From Alphaproteobacteria bacterium (GTDB lineage: Bacteria > Pseudomonadota > Alphaproteobacteria > JAPOUT01 > G958296285): a DNA stretch of 64,000 nucleotides. Shown here one piece after another: positions 30,102 through 44,800 of the stretch (the stretch's first letter is position 1; every line of letters begins with the position of its first letter). A program made the translations under genes and the position numbers. The notes under the pieces are model-generated. The model saw only the letters and a program-made list of their open reading frames with translations. It did no database searches and had not been told where the DNA came from. Location of the stretch: NCBI GenBank assembly GCA_965212115.1, contig CBDBUR010000001.1, positions 641,395 through 705,394 on the forward strand. Direction: 5' to 3'.

Positions 30102-33100
30102 TTAATCCGTCTGGGTGAGGCATTGCGTGTTCTGACACGGAAAATCAACATCAAAACGCGGCGCGCGCAGCGAATTCCTCTTCAAATTAAAGATCTTTAC
30201 AGTGCCAACTCCTCTTTTGCCGTTGTCGATCGCAAGCACACGGCTCGCCGCCAGCGAAGTGCCTGTCCCCAAAGTCAGAGAAGCGCGCGCTTCGATAAAC
30301 AAATTGTGTGCTCGTGTTGAACCCGCCGTGAGCGTCAGCGCTCTGCCCGACACTTTCACCGTTTCGGCGTCAAAATTCAACGCCTCGGTTGCCTCCACCG
30401 TCAGCGCGCTGGCCCCGGCGTCGATGTCGCTATTGACCGTTATGCGACCTGCTCTTAACGCTGCGGTGCCCTCAAACTTCGTTGCGCGCGCCGGTGAAAG
30501 CACAAGCTCACCTCTAGGTCCTAAATCATGCTCGCCTGTGCCAAAAGTGATATCCCCAGATCGCGTCGTCAAACTCAGTTTTTGCCCCTCTGTCACCATC
30601 CAGTCTTGAACCCGCTGTGATCTCCTTGTTGTGATCGACACATCTTTCGACAAATCGAATGGCCGCGTCGCGCTAAATTCATCTGCTTGCTCAAGAGACA
30701 CATGACTAGCTGTTAAACTCGGCGCGGTCTTGCCGTCATGCGCCGGCGTCTCCACTTTGCCCGACCCGTCCGCACCCGCTCTGATTTCAAGCACACGCCC
30801 TATCCCATCCAGCGCAATATCATTATTGATCCTCACATCACCACGCGCATCAATGGTCAGATCATGCGCCGATGATGAAATCATCGTCGTGCTCGAGCCG
30901 CTTGTCAAAGCAATCGACGCAGCTGCCAAACGCCGCTCATCACCTTCACCCGCAAAAGCCATCCCGCGCGCCGCCGATAAAGCCAGAGCGCCTGCGCCGA
31001 CTTCAATATCGCGCTCAACGTCCAATGATCCATCCGAAGTAATTTTCAGATCAATGCCTGAACGCAAAACCATCCAATCTTGAACAGCTTGGGCATCGTT
31101 GCCATCATAATTAACTGTCAAAGATTCCACTCTTCGCGCGAACCTCACTGGCGGTGCTGAATCAAAAACCTCCTCATCCTGCGACAAAGTCACCGAAGCC
31201 GCTGCCAGCGTCTGAGATGGCCGATCGCGGCGGTCACGGCGGAAATTGAGCACCCCGACATTATTCGCCTGTGTGTTTCGGCCTGCGGTCAGGACCAGCG
31301 CACCTGAACCTAGATTGATGTCTGTGTCAACATTCAAATCATCTGCAGCCTCAACTGTCAGGCTTCGGTCGCTGCCGCGCGAAGGCGCGCGATCAGACGC
31401 CAGTGTAACTTCTTTGCCGCTTAAAATAATCTCCCGTGATCTGCTAAATCTCAACTCACCATTTCTAGCCGCCGTGCCCGCCATCAAAGCGAGATCGTTC
31501 ACCGTCATAATATCCACATCCAGCGTCAAATGGCGCCTCGCCTCAATGGTTACGGCTTGACTGCCTGTCATCGGTCTCATTGCGCGGCCATTATTGTCAG
31601 TGGCATCCGCGCTCAGAGTGACATGATTGCCTTTCAATATCGTCGCAACAGATGCGCCCACATTGATTACGCCTATATTCTGCGCGCCAAATCCGGCGGC
31701 CAACACTAGATTCCCTCGACCTGCTGTTAACTGACCATTCAACGACAGATCTCCCGTTGCGCGAACGATCACATTGCCCGTCCGGCGATGCGCACTATTT
31801 GGTAGCGTGGCATCTGTTGTCAATTTGATATCATGACCACTCAAAGTGATTGCGCGGCCACTAGAAAAGCGCAAAGCGCCTGTCGTGGAATCACCCATCC
31901 CCGCCGTCAAGGATAACGCGCCCGTCACCAAAAGACTCATATTGACATGGATGTCGCGCATCGCAATAGCTTTCAAGCTCGATGCGCTCTGATTTTGCGA
32001 AGGCGTCCTATCAGCTGCAAGCATGATGTTCATGCCACTCAATATTCTCTCACCAGCCAAAATCAACACGCCTGTATTCGCGCGCATCCGCCTGCCCGAA
32101 CGCCTCCTGCCAAAACCCGCTTCCAATCTTAAATCTCCTGCTCCCGCATTCAGATCAGCCCCAACATCAACATTGAACGAAGACCTGATTACAACATCGC
32201 CGCTGCCGCGCGGCGCTGAACCATCTGCCCGCAGGGTGATCGTGTTTGCATCCAATGTTGCTGCTGTGTCAAAATTGATTGTTCCGGTATCCGCAGCCGA
32301 CAACCCTCGCCCTGCTTCAAGTGTCAAGTCTCGTCTGCTGCTTCGTGCGCCTCTTCGAGTCGTCACAAGAATAAGATCACCTCTGATATTTAAGTCGCGC
32401 GCCGCACGAATTACCAGATGAGCATTCGATCTCACCGCCAAAGCCGCCATCCAAGATTGAAGCGTTTGATCCATCTGTGACGTCGTGATCAATTCAATCT
32501 CCCTCACATTGGTTCTAAAGTCTCCAAAAGGATCGTCCTCCGCATACTGATCTGACGAAATCAACGTCAGAGCGCGCCCCCGCACATTCTGAGATGCCCG
32601 ATCAGCCGTCAGTGTGAACTGACGTGCCGTCAAAATAACGCGCCGCGACGGACTCAAACGCATCTCTCCTGTCTCAACAGCCATCCCTGCCCCCGCCATC
32701 AAAGACAGCGCGCCCGTCATCGAAAGATTCGCATTCAACATCAGATGACGCTGCGCTTCAATCTTTACATCTTGATTGAACAACGGCGGCGTTTTGATCG
32801 CGCTACCGCCATCATCGAAGCCGGGATCAGCGCTCAAAGTGATGTCATGGCCGCTCAATGTGATCGCCGCGCCCCCCATAAAACGAATTACGCCCACAGC
32901 ATCAGGCGCCTCGCCATAACCGGCCTCAAGCGTCAAATTCCTCTCTCCAAGATCAATCGCGCCGACCACCATCACATCGCCCGCCGCACGAACCGCTAGA
33001 TGAGCGCTTAAATGCGCGGCTAAGCCAACAATCCAATCGTAAACGGGCTGATCGACAGACGATGTCGCAATAAATTCAATTTCTCTGACATCTGGGTTTG

Positions 33101-36100
33101 CGCCTGCAAAAGGCGTTGTGGCCCAAACCTCCGACGAGCGCAAAACAAGCGGCTGACCACTTGCCGTTGGCTTCATGGCTGCCGTTAAACTCATCGTCCC
33201 GCCGGTCAAAGCTGTCATGCGCTGCGTGTTGAAATTGATTGCGCCGCCATTGGCCGTTAGCCTCAAATCGCCTGCGCCCGCATTGATGTCGCTGTTGACA
33301 TTGATGCTGCCTTCAGCCGTGATCGTTATACTGCCTGCGCTTTGTAAAGGTGCGAGATCACCCATCAGCGTGATCATATTGCCGCTCAAATTCCGATCAC
33401 CTTTCAAAGTCAGCGCTCCAATGTTTTCTTGTCTCCGGCCACGTGCGCGCCTTGTGCTAAAGCCTGCTTCAAAAGTCAAATCGCCTGTGCCTGCATTGGC
33501 GTCGGCGCCAACATTGAGATGGCGCGCTGCCCTGATCGTCACATTCACATCATTGCCGTGCTTGAGAGTCCCATCAGCCTCCAAAGTCACGCTGCGGCCA
33601 CTCACAATCGAAGCTGCTGTGAAGTCGATCACGCCTGTGCTGCCATCACCCAGACCTGCCTCAAAAATCAAATCCCGCTCAAACACCACATCGCCTGCAA
33701 TAACAATGTCTCCCGCAGAGCGAACCGCCAAATTAGCTTGCGACCTCGCTGCCAAACTGATCATCCAATCATGAACTTTTTGAGCCTCATTCGCCATCGT
33801 GATGAACTCAATCTGATTTATACGGCTGAGCCGTGCTCCAATGAAAGGGCTGGCTGCCCAAACAGACGCCGAACGCAAAGCCAGACCATATCCTCGCACA
33901 CGCGGTGTGCGGTCGGCATTCAAAGTTATTGCGTCGCCCGAAAGCGTGACCATCCGCGCGGTGCTGAAGCGAATCTCGCCTGTTGATGTCCCTGTGCCTG
34001 CCGTTAAACTCAAATTGCCTGCGCCCGCATCAATATCCGCATTGATCAACAAATCTGCCCACGCTGAAAGAGCCACAGCTACATTATGGGTTGTTGGTGT
34101 GCCATCCGCCGTCAACGTTATGTTATTCGCGCTCAAAGAAACCTCATTTGTAAAATGGATCGCGCCGGTGCTCTTGCCCTGTCCAGCCTCAAGCGTGAGA
34201 TTGCTGCTCGACGCTAGTTCAATATCTCGATCAACAATAATGTCTCCTGCTGAGCGAATGGTCAAATGCGCATAAACATTTTCATTTTCTGTCAGCATCA
34301 CCATCCATGGATAAACCCGCTGCACAGCAGACGCCGAAGTGGCAGCAAATTCGATCAGGCGGCTCAACACCACATGATCGCCAAACGGGTTTTCGTGAGC
34401 AAATGCCGCCGCCTGCGTCAGACGGATCACCCTCGCCGTCAGCGCGGCACCGCTGCTCACAATCGCGCCGCGACCTGCTGTCAGCCTGAGTTCACCGCGC
34501 AAAATCCGGCGCCCAGCGCGGCGGACAAGATTGATCGCAGCACTTACCTCCAAAGCCCCTGCAGCAATGACAGTCAAAGCTTGACCGCTGCCACGCGGCA
34601 GTTCGCCAGAAACTAAAGCAATATCATGGCCGCTCAATGTCACGGCCGCGTTTGTCTTGAAATTCAACGCGCCGCCCGCTACCACGCTCACATCCCCTGC
34701 GCCTGCGATAATGTTTGTGTTGATATCGACATTCCCCAGAGCCTCAATCGTCAGGTTTTGATCGCTTGCCGCCGACGGATTGCGCGCTGCCGTCAAAGTG
34801 ATGTTGTTGCCGTTCAATCTCGATGTTCGCGTCAAAACGATTCGCCCTGTCGTGCGGCGCCTCGTCGCCACTGCTGACAAAGTCAGATCGCCAGTGCCCA
34901 CATTGATGTCTGCGCCAACAACTAAATTGCCTGATGTCGCGCTGATGGCAATGTCGAAATTATTCACTCTGCTCGCGCTCAAGGCCGCCGCCCCGGTGGA
35001 CAATAAAGCAATGTTGCTGGCTCGCAAAGTTATTGACGGGTCATCGTCTTCAGCCATGAAGTTGATCGCGCCGATGCCATCATCATAGCCCGCCTCTAAA
35101 ACCAAATTCTGACCGCGCAAATCAATATTTGTGCTCAACAAAAGATTGCCGCCGACGCGCACCGTCAGATGACGACGCCGACGCAGTTGACGATGCGATG
35201 CCAAATCCAGCATCCAAGTTTGAAACGTTTGATCCGCGCTCGACGTCACAATGAACTCAACCTGTGTCCCGCGCAAGGTGATTCCGCTAAAGGGACTCGT
35301 CGCGCCAAAAACATCTTCCTGTATCAAGCGAATGACACCGGCAGCGAAAACGCTTCCACTGCCTTCAATCGCTCCGCTAATTGTATTCAGCGTTAAAGCC
35401 CCTCTGCCGACATTAAGATTGGAAGACGCTGTTAAAGTGCCCAAAGAGGTGATCATCAAATTGTGATGGCTAGCGCGCGGCGATGCGTTCGCATTCAACA
35501 CAATATGATTGCCTTTCAAAGCGACTGCGTGCCGTGTGCTAAATTGAATTACTCTCGCCACCAATGTTAAATTACCGCCTAAATTATTCCCTGGGGCAAT
35601 ATCGATGTTTGTATTGATATTAACGCTGCCCCGCGCGACGATCATCAAATCAGCTGCATTTTGATCAGGTGCTGTGTCGGCTGTTAAAGTGATATCATCA
35701 CCGCTCAAGCGCCGCGCGCCCACAAAATTTATCGCGCCCGTGTTCGACACTCTCCTGCCCCTCACGCGCCGCGCGCCATTGCCGACCGTGAGAACCAAAT
35801 CACCCGCGCCGGTGTTGATATCAGCTCCAATAACAGCATCACCACGCGCCGTGATGCGCAGAGTCCGGTTGCTCGCCTGAGGTGCTGCATCCGCCGCCAG
35901 CAAAATATCATTGCCGCTCACAGAAACATTGCGCGTCGCACTAAACTCGATAGCCCCGCCCGCCATCAAGGCCACATCGCCGACACCAGCGTCGATGGCC
36001 GCACCAATGACCAAAGCGCCGATCGCAGAGATCGTCAAAGCACGATGGCTTGCCCGCGGTGATGCATCGGCGCTCAATTTAATCGCCGCGGCGCTCAAAA

Positions 36101-38800
36101 ATGTCGCCACATTTGTCCGAAATTGCAGCGCGCCAACATCACGATTGCCTGTCCCCGCGCCCGCCTCTAATGTCAGAGCGCCCGTGCCAACATTGATATT
36201 TACGTTGATATTCAAACCCCGCCGCGCAATCACACGCACCGCAGAATCACTTGCCATCGGCATAAGCACTTTGCCATCGGTGTCAACCGCGTCGTCGCCG
36301 GTCAAAGTGATGTGATTGCCATTGAGCATCGTCTCGCCATCAAAGATGAGCGACCCAACACCTTTATATCCTGCAATCAGCGCCAAATCGCCCACACCTG
36401 TGTTCAAATGACCTCTCACCCTCAAATCATTTTTTGCCCTGATCGCCACCGCTCGATGAATCACATCAGTCGGTGCATTCATCGCTGTCAGCATAATCGC
36501 GCCGCCATCGACGAATCGCGTTCTCACATTGCCGCCAAACATGATCGTCCGGCCTTCTAGATTTAGCGTTCCGGTGTTTGTGTTGATGTTTGCGTCAATT
36601 CTCAAATCACCTGCTGCCACGATCTCCAGATTTCGATCATTTGTCGTAATTGTTCTTGCGGCGGCCAAAGTAATGTCGCCGCCTGCCAAGCGGATATTGC
36701 GATCGAACATCAAACTAGAAAACCTAATTGTGCGCCGTGATGCTCTTAAAGTCAGTGCACCCGTGCCTAGATCAATATTCTCGCTCAACACAATACCGCC
36801 TTTAGATTCCAAAGATAAGGATCGATCGCTTACACCCATCCACGAATGATAAGCCTGATCGGCTGTGCTCATGCTGGAAAGCACAAGCTCATCGGCTGTC
36901 AAATCCGCTGGTGCCCGCGCGCCAAAGACCTCGCCATCTTGACGCAAGATGATCCGATTCGCCGTCAAAGCGCGGTCACCAAAAATGCGCACCAGGCCGG
37001 TCTCCGAACCCAAACCCGCCTCCAACAAAAGCTCAGAGGTTTCATCTTCATTTGACGAGATGTTTTCATCTGGTTGTCTCGTCCCACGCAGCAAGTTGAC
37101 ATCAGTATAAATATCCAGATTGCCGCGCGCACGGATCGTCAAATCATGGGGCATTGTCCCGACGGCTGTCGAATCCCCATCACCTTCAAGCAGAATATCT
37201 CCTCCGAGCAATTGGATCGACGCGCGCGGCGCCAAAAACAGACTGCCCTCGCCCGCACCTGCCGCTAGGCCAGCCTTCAACGTTAAATCGCCGCGGCCTG
37301 TATTCAAACTGCTGCTCACTGTTAGATTGCCCTGCGCCTCAATCGTCACAGAACGCTGGCCGACGCGCGGCATCGCGTCGGCTATCAACGTGATATTGTT
37401 GCCCTGCAATTTTGTTGCCGCGTTGGTCTGGAACTGGAGCGCGCCGATGCTTGCGCCAGCGCCGGCTTCCAGCGTGAGATTTCCCATACCTATATCTAGA
37501 TCCGTATTGATATTGATATCATCGCGCGCGATCACCGTCAGGTCCTGACTGCTCGGCGACGGCACTTGATTGCCCGTCAGCGTGATCACATTGCCGCTCA
37601 ACATCACAGCTCCGGGACTAAAGTTGAGTCCGCCATGAGTGTCGCTTGTGCCTGCCTCAAGCGACAGATTGCCAGCGCCCGCATCAAAACTTCCCCCCAA
37701 GGTCAGGTTCGCGCGGGCGCGAATCGACACATTTTGATCACTTGCCTCAGGCATCATATTTGCCACCAGCCTGATGTTATTGCCGCTCAGCTTGATCGGA
37801 CGCATCTTTGCAAAATTGATCGCGCCTGCCACTGTCAAGCTCAGATCACCTGCACCGATAGCCATATCCGCATTGATGGTGATGTCGCCCTGCGCTGTCA
37901 GCGTCAGAGCGCGATCACCCGTTGAAATCGAATTGTTCGCGCCTGTAGTCAATGTGATATCACCAGCTTCAATGATCGTCGCATTGGTGAAAACAATCCC
38001 CCGGGCGGCCTCAGCGGTGAAATCGCCAGCGCCAAAATTGTTCATCGCCGCCGTTATGCGGATATCGCGGCCTGAACGAACCGCTAGATCACGGCCTGAA
38101 GCAATCATCCAATTATGAATCGCCTGATCGTGCACCGCGCGGCTAAATAGGCTGAGTGAGTTCGTCATCAATGTCAAAGACCCGGTGGTGCCGCCGCCAA
38201 AAACCTGATTTTGAGTGAGGGCGACACGCGCTGCTGTCACCAACGGTGCGCCGGTCGCAACGATTCTGCTTGCTGTCAACGTCAGAGCGCCCGAACCCAG
38301 ATTGATCGCCGCAGCAACATTGATATTACCTGTCGCAATAAGCGTCAAATCAGAATTGCTCGGTGAAATCGGCGCTGTGTCAGCCGTCAACCTAATTGCG
38401 CTGCCGCTTAAACTGCGCGCGCCGCTAAACATCAGCGCCCCTGTCGCTGCCGCAGCGCCTGCCTCCAGCGATAGTTCATATCGAAGAGCAAAATCAGCTG
38501 CAATCTTCAAAGTGCCAGCCGCGATCATGATCACATCACCCGCACCTGTGATCGCCGACATCGAAGTCAGACTCACCGCCGCGCCAGAAATTGTGCGCGC
38601 GCCGCCTGCAAAAACAATCTTTTCCGCCGACAAAGTGATGTTTGCTGTGCTCGTCAGGTCCGTATTCAAAGTCAGCGTGCCACCTGAAGCGGTGATCGTT
38701 AAAACACGCGTGCCAAGATCAATGTCTCCAGCGATGATCTTGACCGTCCGCGCTTCCAAAATGATTGCCCCTATGCCGCTGAAAGCAATCGCCCCCGCGC
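30102..38800 (-). other. C-terminal ~2,900-aa module of gene 2, a diverged homolog of the cassette shared by genes 1 and 3 (upper boundary approximate)
   Basis: Starts near ..GIVFTNATIIEAGDITLTTGANNSISTGDRALTLTAQGDITIN. This aligns with the gene 1/3 segment ..ATEILAADITLTTGSRGGISTNRRAVTLTATGNILLN, and co-linear similarity runs to the C-terminus. Periodic Arg-rich patches (e.g. RRVRGRRVSNTG, RRARGRRQENIG) occur in both. Ends ..RFDVDFPCQNTQCLTQTD. Confidence 0.6.
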
Positions 38801-41800
38801 CCGCATCCAGCGTGATTGATCTAAACCGCCGGATCGCATTGCCCGCTTCAAGCTGCACCAGCAAATTGCCTTGAGCATCCCTGTTGTCTTCTCCTCTCAA
38901 AAAATTCGTCGGCTGACCAACGGTGAACCACGCCATTGGAGCAGCAATTGTCGTTATCCCATCATCAATTTCAGGCTTGCCATTATTACCCCCAATGGCG
39001 AAGATTACATTCGCAGGCGGCGCGGCTTCATCAAATTGACTGTCTTGCTCCAACCGAACAGATCTAGCCGCAATGGTTGGGGTGCCACGAAATGTGATAT
39101 CCCCAATTGTGCTGCCATCGCCTGCGGTCAAGACCAGCGCGCCGTTATCGAGATTGATCGCCTCGATGGTCAAATTGCGCAAAGCGCGCATGGTCAGATT
39201 TGTGCTGGCCGTCGTGCTGACAGCGCCTGTCAGCGTGATCGCATTGCCGCTCAAAGTTTGCCGCGAACCGCCTAAGGAAATCTCTTGCGCGCCCGTCAGC
39301 GTGAGCGCCCCTGTGCCCGCCGCAACATCATGATTCAGCGTTAAAATGCCCATAGCCTCGAAAGTCAACGCTGTATTGTCTGCTGTCGCCGCGCCAGTGA
39401 GAGAGATATTCATGCCGCTCAATGTTGCCGCAGCGTTGAATGTCAACGCGCTGCCCGACAATGACAAATCGCCCGTGCCTGTCTCAACATCACCTGCGAC
39501 TATAATTTCGTGCGTGCTCGCCAAAGACAAAGATCGGTTATTCGCCGCGGCTATCATCCATGCATGAACTGTTTGCGCCGCTTGAGTCTCCAAAGTCAAT
39601 GAGGACACAATGTCAGCAAGATCAAACACTGTGGCATCAAACGACCCATTTTGAGTCATATTGATGCTTGCTGCCGTCAACGTCGGCGTGTTGATTGAAG
39701 TGATATTGCCCGAAGCAATCAAAGTCAGCGCGCCGCCGCCGACATGAATCGCCGCGCGCACATGAATATCATCGTGTGCTGTCAAAATCAGATCAGCGCT
39801 GCTTGCCTGCTCCTTATCTGGCGCGGCGTCGGCTGTCAAAGTGATTTCTTTAGCGCTGATCATCCGTGTCCCCAAAAAAATCAACGCGCCTTGCGTTTTG
39901 ATTGTTTGTCTTCTCACCCGGCGATCTTGTCCTGCCGTCAAAGTTAAATTGTCCGCAAGCGCAAAATCAGCTCCAATCGTCAAGTCGTGATAGGCAATCA
40001 GCGCAACATTGTGCGCGCTCGTCACATTGGCCGCAGCAACGCGGACATTTCCGCCCGTCACAGAGCGATTGACATTGCCGACAAAGGCAATCTCATCAGC
40101 CGACAAAAAGATGTCGCCGCTGGTGCCGATAATGTTCGCATTTAAGGTCAGCGTCCCGCGATCGGCCATGATCGTCAAAGCGCGCCTGCCAATATCCATC
40201 CTCCGCGCGGTGATCGTGATCTGTGGCGCTGCCAGAACAATTGGACCGAATCCTCTGAACTTTATTGTCCCGCGCGCGCCCGCGTTTAAGGTGATGCTCT
40301 GTGAACGGCGAATGTTCGCAGTCGGGACCACAAAGCTGCGCCGCGGAATTCTTGAATAGGCGGCATTCAAGACAATATCATACCAGCTGCTCATCACAGC
40401 TTGGATTCTTGTTCCGTCAAAAACAATTCTAGGGCGAATGACATCGCCAGCTTCATTTTGGAAAGCTACTGGCCGCTCATCCGAGAAAAGCGCGCCATCT
40501 TGCGTCAGCCTCACGAGAGCGGCTATCATGGTCATCGCGGGCGTTGTCGAGAGATCGCGGGTCAGCCTTTGCCTAACGACAGACTCTTGATTGGTCTGCA
40601 TGTTTTCTCTGACATTAACGGGCCATAAAATCTCGCCGGTTTGGCCATCACCCGACCCTTCTGCCCGCCCCGCGGCAATCACCAGAGCGCCACGGCGAAT
40701 GTTGACCTCATTGTTGATCCTCACATTGTGTTGCGCGATGATCGTGAGATTCGTGCTGATGCCTTGCGGCGTCGCTATAGCGCCCGTGAGCGCGACCTTA
40801 TAGCCGCTTAAGATCAGACGCGGCGCGCGCAGCGAGATGCCCCCCATCGCCGCCGACAAACTCAGCGCATTCAGATCACCGGCAGCTATGCTCACAACGC
40901 CGCTTTCGAGGGTTAAAGCGTTTGCTGGTGTGCCAGTTGCTCTTACGATCAAAGCAACCTCGGATGTGATCGCGCCGTTCAATGTGATTGTCCTGCCGCT
41001 TAATGCGCCGCCGCCCGTGATCGAAAGGCGTGAGCCTCTCAAAGTGAGCGCGCCCGTGCCGGTGTCGATATTATTGCTAATCGTGATCTGGCCTGTGCTC
41101 GTGACTGACAAAGTTTGGTTATGCACGGTGATGCCGTCAATCATCCAGCTATGGATCGTTTGATCCGCGCCTGTTTCAATTTCGAGCGATGGACGCGCGC
41201 CGCTCAATGTCAAATTAAAAGGCGCGATTGAAGTAAACGCCCGGTCTTGCGCGAGCTTGATTGAGCCCGCGGTCAACGCGAATGCGGTGCGATCGACATT
41301 GATCGTCTCTCCGGCTAAAATCAGAGCGCCGCTGCCGACCGAAATATCATTCATTAGCGTCAAAGCGCCTGAAGCGATGATTGTCAAATCAAAATCGCCT
41401 GCAACATTGGAACCATCAATGCGCGGCAGCGCTGAGATTCTGATTTCATCGGCAGCAGTCGCATGAAGGCTGATATTGTTGCCAGACAATATGCGCGGAT
41501 TGTTCGGATCGCCTTCAAATCTGATCTCAGTTCCCTTCAAATTGATGTCTCTCGCGCCGGTGATATGATTGCCGCTGATTAAAATCGCGCCGACGCTGTC
41601 GAGCGTGAAATCATGATGCGCCATCACCATCCAAGGCCAAATCACTTGCGGATCGGCTATATTGATGCGCGGATTTCTTGCCTCAATCTTGAGTTCCAGC
41701 GCCTTCGCCGCAAACGTAAAGCGCTGCTCGGAGGCAAAAAGATCAGCTTGCGCGAGCGTCAAAGCGCCTGCCGCGAGCGCGCGAACAGCGCCGCCATTGC

Positions 41801-44800
41801 CGATGGCGCCCTCCTCAACATCCAAAGTGAGCACCGCGTTCACCCCGCTTAAAGTGATATCGTGGACCGTCAGTGTGCTTGCGGCCTTGAAGGTGAGATC
41901 AACATCGGATTCTACCGCGCTGTTCAGCGTGATGCTGTCGGCAGATATTGTCCGCACCCCAAAAAAAACAATTCTGTAGCCGGCCTCGAAAACCAAGCTG
42001 TTTGCGCCAAGATCAATATCACGGACAATCCTCAGCTGGGCAGAAGCTCCGCTCATCGCAATCGTGAGGCCTCTGCCCTCGGCGAACAGCCAGCCATACC
42101 GATGATCGATCAACTGCCGCTCAACACGCGGTGCTAAAGTGATTGTCAAATTATTGGCGGCTTCGATAATGAATGGAAAATCAGGCCTAAACTCTGTGCC
42201 TTGTGTTAGACTGAGCGTCTCAGCGATGAGTGTCGGCGTCGCGCGCGACGATATGTCGCCCGAAGCCGCGCTCAGACTTAGAGCCGCGGCGCCAGTCGAA
42301 AGATCATTATCAAGCGTCAAAGCGCCTGCCGCATCGATCGTCAGCGCAAAATCGCCCGGAGTGAAACCGCTGCCATCATCAAACCTCCCAATCCTGATGC
42401 CCTCCGCGCCGCGCGCCGTGAGGCCGATATTCCCGCCCGACAATGAACGCGCTCTTTGCGCTTCGCCTTCAATGTTGATCTGTGCCGCAGACAAAATAAG
42501 ATCGCCTGCGCCGATGTCGATGTCGCGCCGAATCACAATCTCCGCCGCGCTCATCAAAGACAAAGACATCCCGCTTTGAACCATCCAGTCATGGACAATC
42601 TGTGTCTCTTGAGTCGTTAACACAAGCGCGCCCACAAAACTCAACGTGAATAAATCATCGGCGAAAGCGGCGTTGTGCGTGAGACTGACCGTCCCTGCCG
42701 TGAGTTTGCGCGCAGTGCTGTCAGCGATGATCAAGCCGCTGTCTGCCGTCAAGGTGAGCTTGCCCGTGCCAATATATATGCCGATATTGAAACTGCCCGT
42801 GAGCGTCACATCACGCGACGCAATAAGCGTAAGGTCAGTATTATTTGCATAAACCGCACCTGAAAACGCAATATGATCAGCACTCAACGCGCGCGCGCCG
42901 CTAAAAGTGATTCTTCTGCTGCCATTCAAAGCGAGCGCGCCGCCGATCGTGATATCTGAACCGATCTGAACTTCGCTGGTTGCGCTCGTCAAAGTGAGGC
43001 CGCCCGCCGCACGATTATTGATCCGTGTCTCGACTTTCACCACACCGCCTCTGCTCGTGAGTGCCAAAGTCCTGCCATCGGCGATCATCCAATCGTGAAC
43101 CGCCTGATCGACACTCGTGCTGAGAGTGAGTGAAGCGACATCCATCAATGTCATCGGTACGCGCGCAGCGAATTCTTCGTTTTGCGCAATATCGAGACGA
43201 GGCACATTGATGATCGGAACCACATCGCCTGCAACATCGAAAATGGTCGAGCCATCCGCAAGAATGATCGGACCGGCAGAAGCGCCGACCGTGTCGGCTG
43301 TGAGCGTGAGCGCGCCCGTGCCGATGATCGTCATGCCGGTCAGGCCACCGCCATTAAGCGTGAGCTGGCCTGCGCTCGCGACGATCGTCAAAGAACGCGC
43401 ACCGAAATCAATCGCGCTCGCAATGAGGGTGACGACCCCCGATTTGATCGTCAGCACCGCATCTTCGGGAATCTCACTGGAAAAAGTGATCGCGCGCGCA
43501 CCGGCATTCAACATGATGCTTTCTATCGCACTCAGTATGCCATTTGGAAAATCAGCGCGCGTGAGCATGATTTCAGCGCTGCCATCGCCTCTTTCAAGAA
43601 TATCCGGAACTATGATCGCCCATTCAACCGACTTTTGCTTTTCACCGCCTTCATAAATAATGACAATATCCGTGACCGCTGCCTGATCGCCTTGCTCATT
43701 GATAAGAAAATTCGCAGGCCGATTTTCGGCTTCAACCGGAAAAAGCGCGCCGTCTTGAAATAGCTGGTAAAAACTCGCTGTGATATTCGTCGCAAGCCCC
43801 TGGGTAAAGCTGATGACGCCGCCGTGACGCCGACCTTGTCCGGCTTTGAGCACAAGCACACTCCCTCTGACATCAAAGCTCGCGCTGTCGATCGTCAAGT
43901 TTTCATCGGCCTCCAAAGTGAACCTTTCGATGCTGCTAGGAAACCTCTCGTAATCGGCGTAGAGAACTAAACCGCTTTGCGCGTTCAATGTGCTGGCAAT
44001 CATGCCCACTTCCACGGTGCCGGTCAGGCTGATCTCCCTCGCCGAGAGCGTGAAAGAATCCCTCTCCGGAAAGACCCGAACGCCATCATTCGACGAATCA
44101 GCGAAAAAAATTTCATCGCTCGACACGCTCAACGCACCCGCGCCGAGATCAACATCACCGCCAAAAATAACTCTGGACACGATATGAGGATCGTCATTAC
44201 CCACGATAACGGTGAGATCATTGTCTCCTGTGATGTTGCCCATCAGGTAGATATAACCCGCTTTCGCTTTGACATCTTTGGTCAAGGCAATCATCGGCGC
44301 GCGCAAAATAAAATATCTGATGCCGCTCGCTGACAGATCGCGTCCGAGCTCGATGCGGGCTGATGCGCGGGCGTTCAGAATTAAAGCCTCAAACCCTGTC
44401 GCCGGATCCATCCAATCATGGACGGGCTGAACTTGATCCGTGCGCGTCGTAAGACTTAATAAATTGACAGATGAAGCCAAAGAAAAAATTCTCTCTGTGC
44501 CAAACGAATCATCCTGCGTCATCACGATGTGCGAGGTTTTCAGCTCTGGGAGCGCGCCGCCGCTGCCGTCAATTGCTGGTGTGATGATATTGCCGACTGT
44601 GCTGTCGCTGATGCCCGCAGCCAAAACAATCTGCCACCGCAAGAAAGACTCGGAAGCCGGAGGCGAAGGAAGAGCATCAATGCTGTCATTGAGCGTCAAA
44701 TCGTGCTGCGCCAATATAAAAAGACTTGTGTTGACTGTATTCGATTTGCTGATCGCGCCCGTGATCGTGATGTGGCCGCCGCTGAATCTCGCCGTGCTGG

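Noticed and set aside
41945-41965. Homopolymer tracts (A8 at ~41953 and ~3024; A7 at ~551, ~26196, ~39874, ~48975) as slipped-strand phase-variation switches
   Set aside because: Tracts of 7-8 nt are short for efficient phase variation. Two of them lie in the housekeeping genes pheT and lepA. No longer tracts or multi-copy tetra/penta-nucleotide repeats were seen. Kept only as a marginal possibility for the giant genes.
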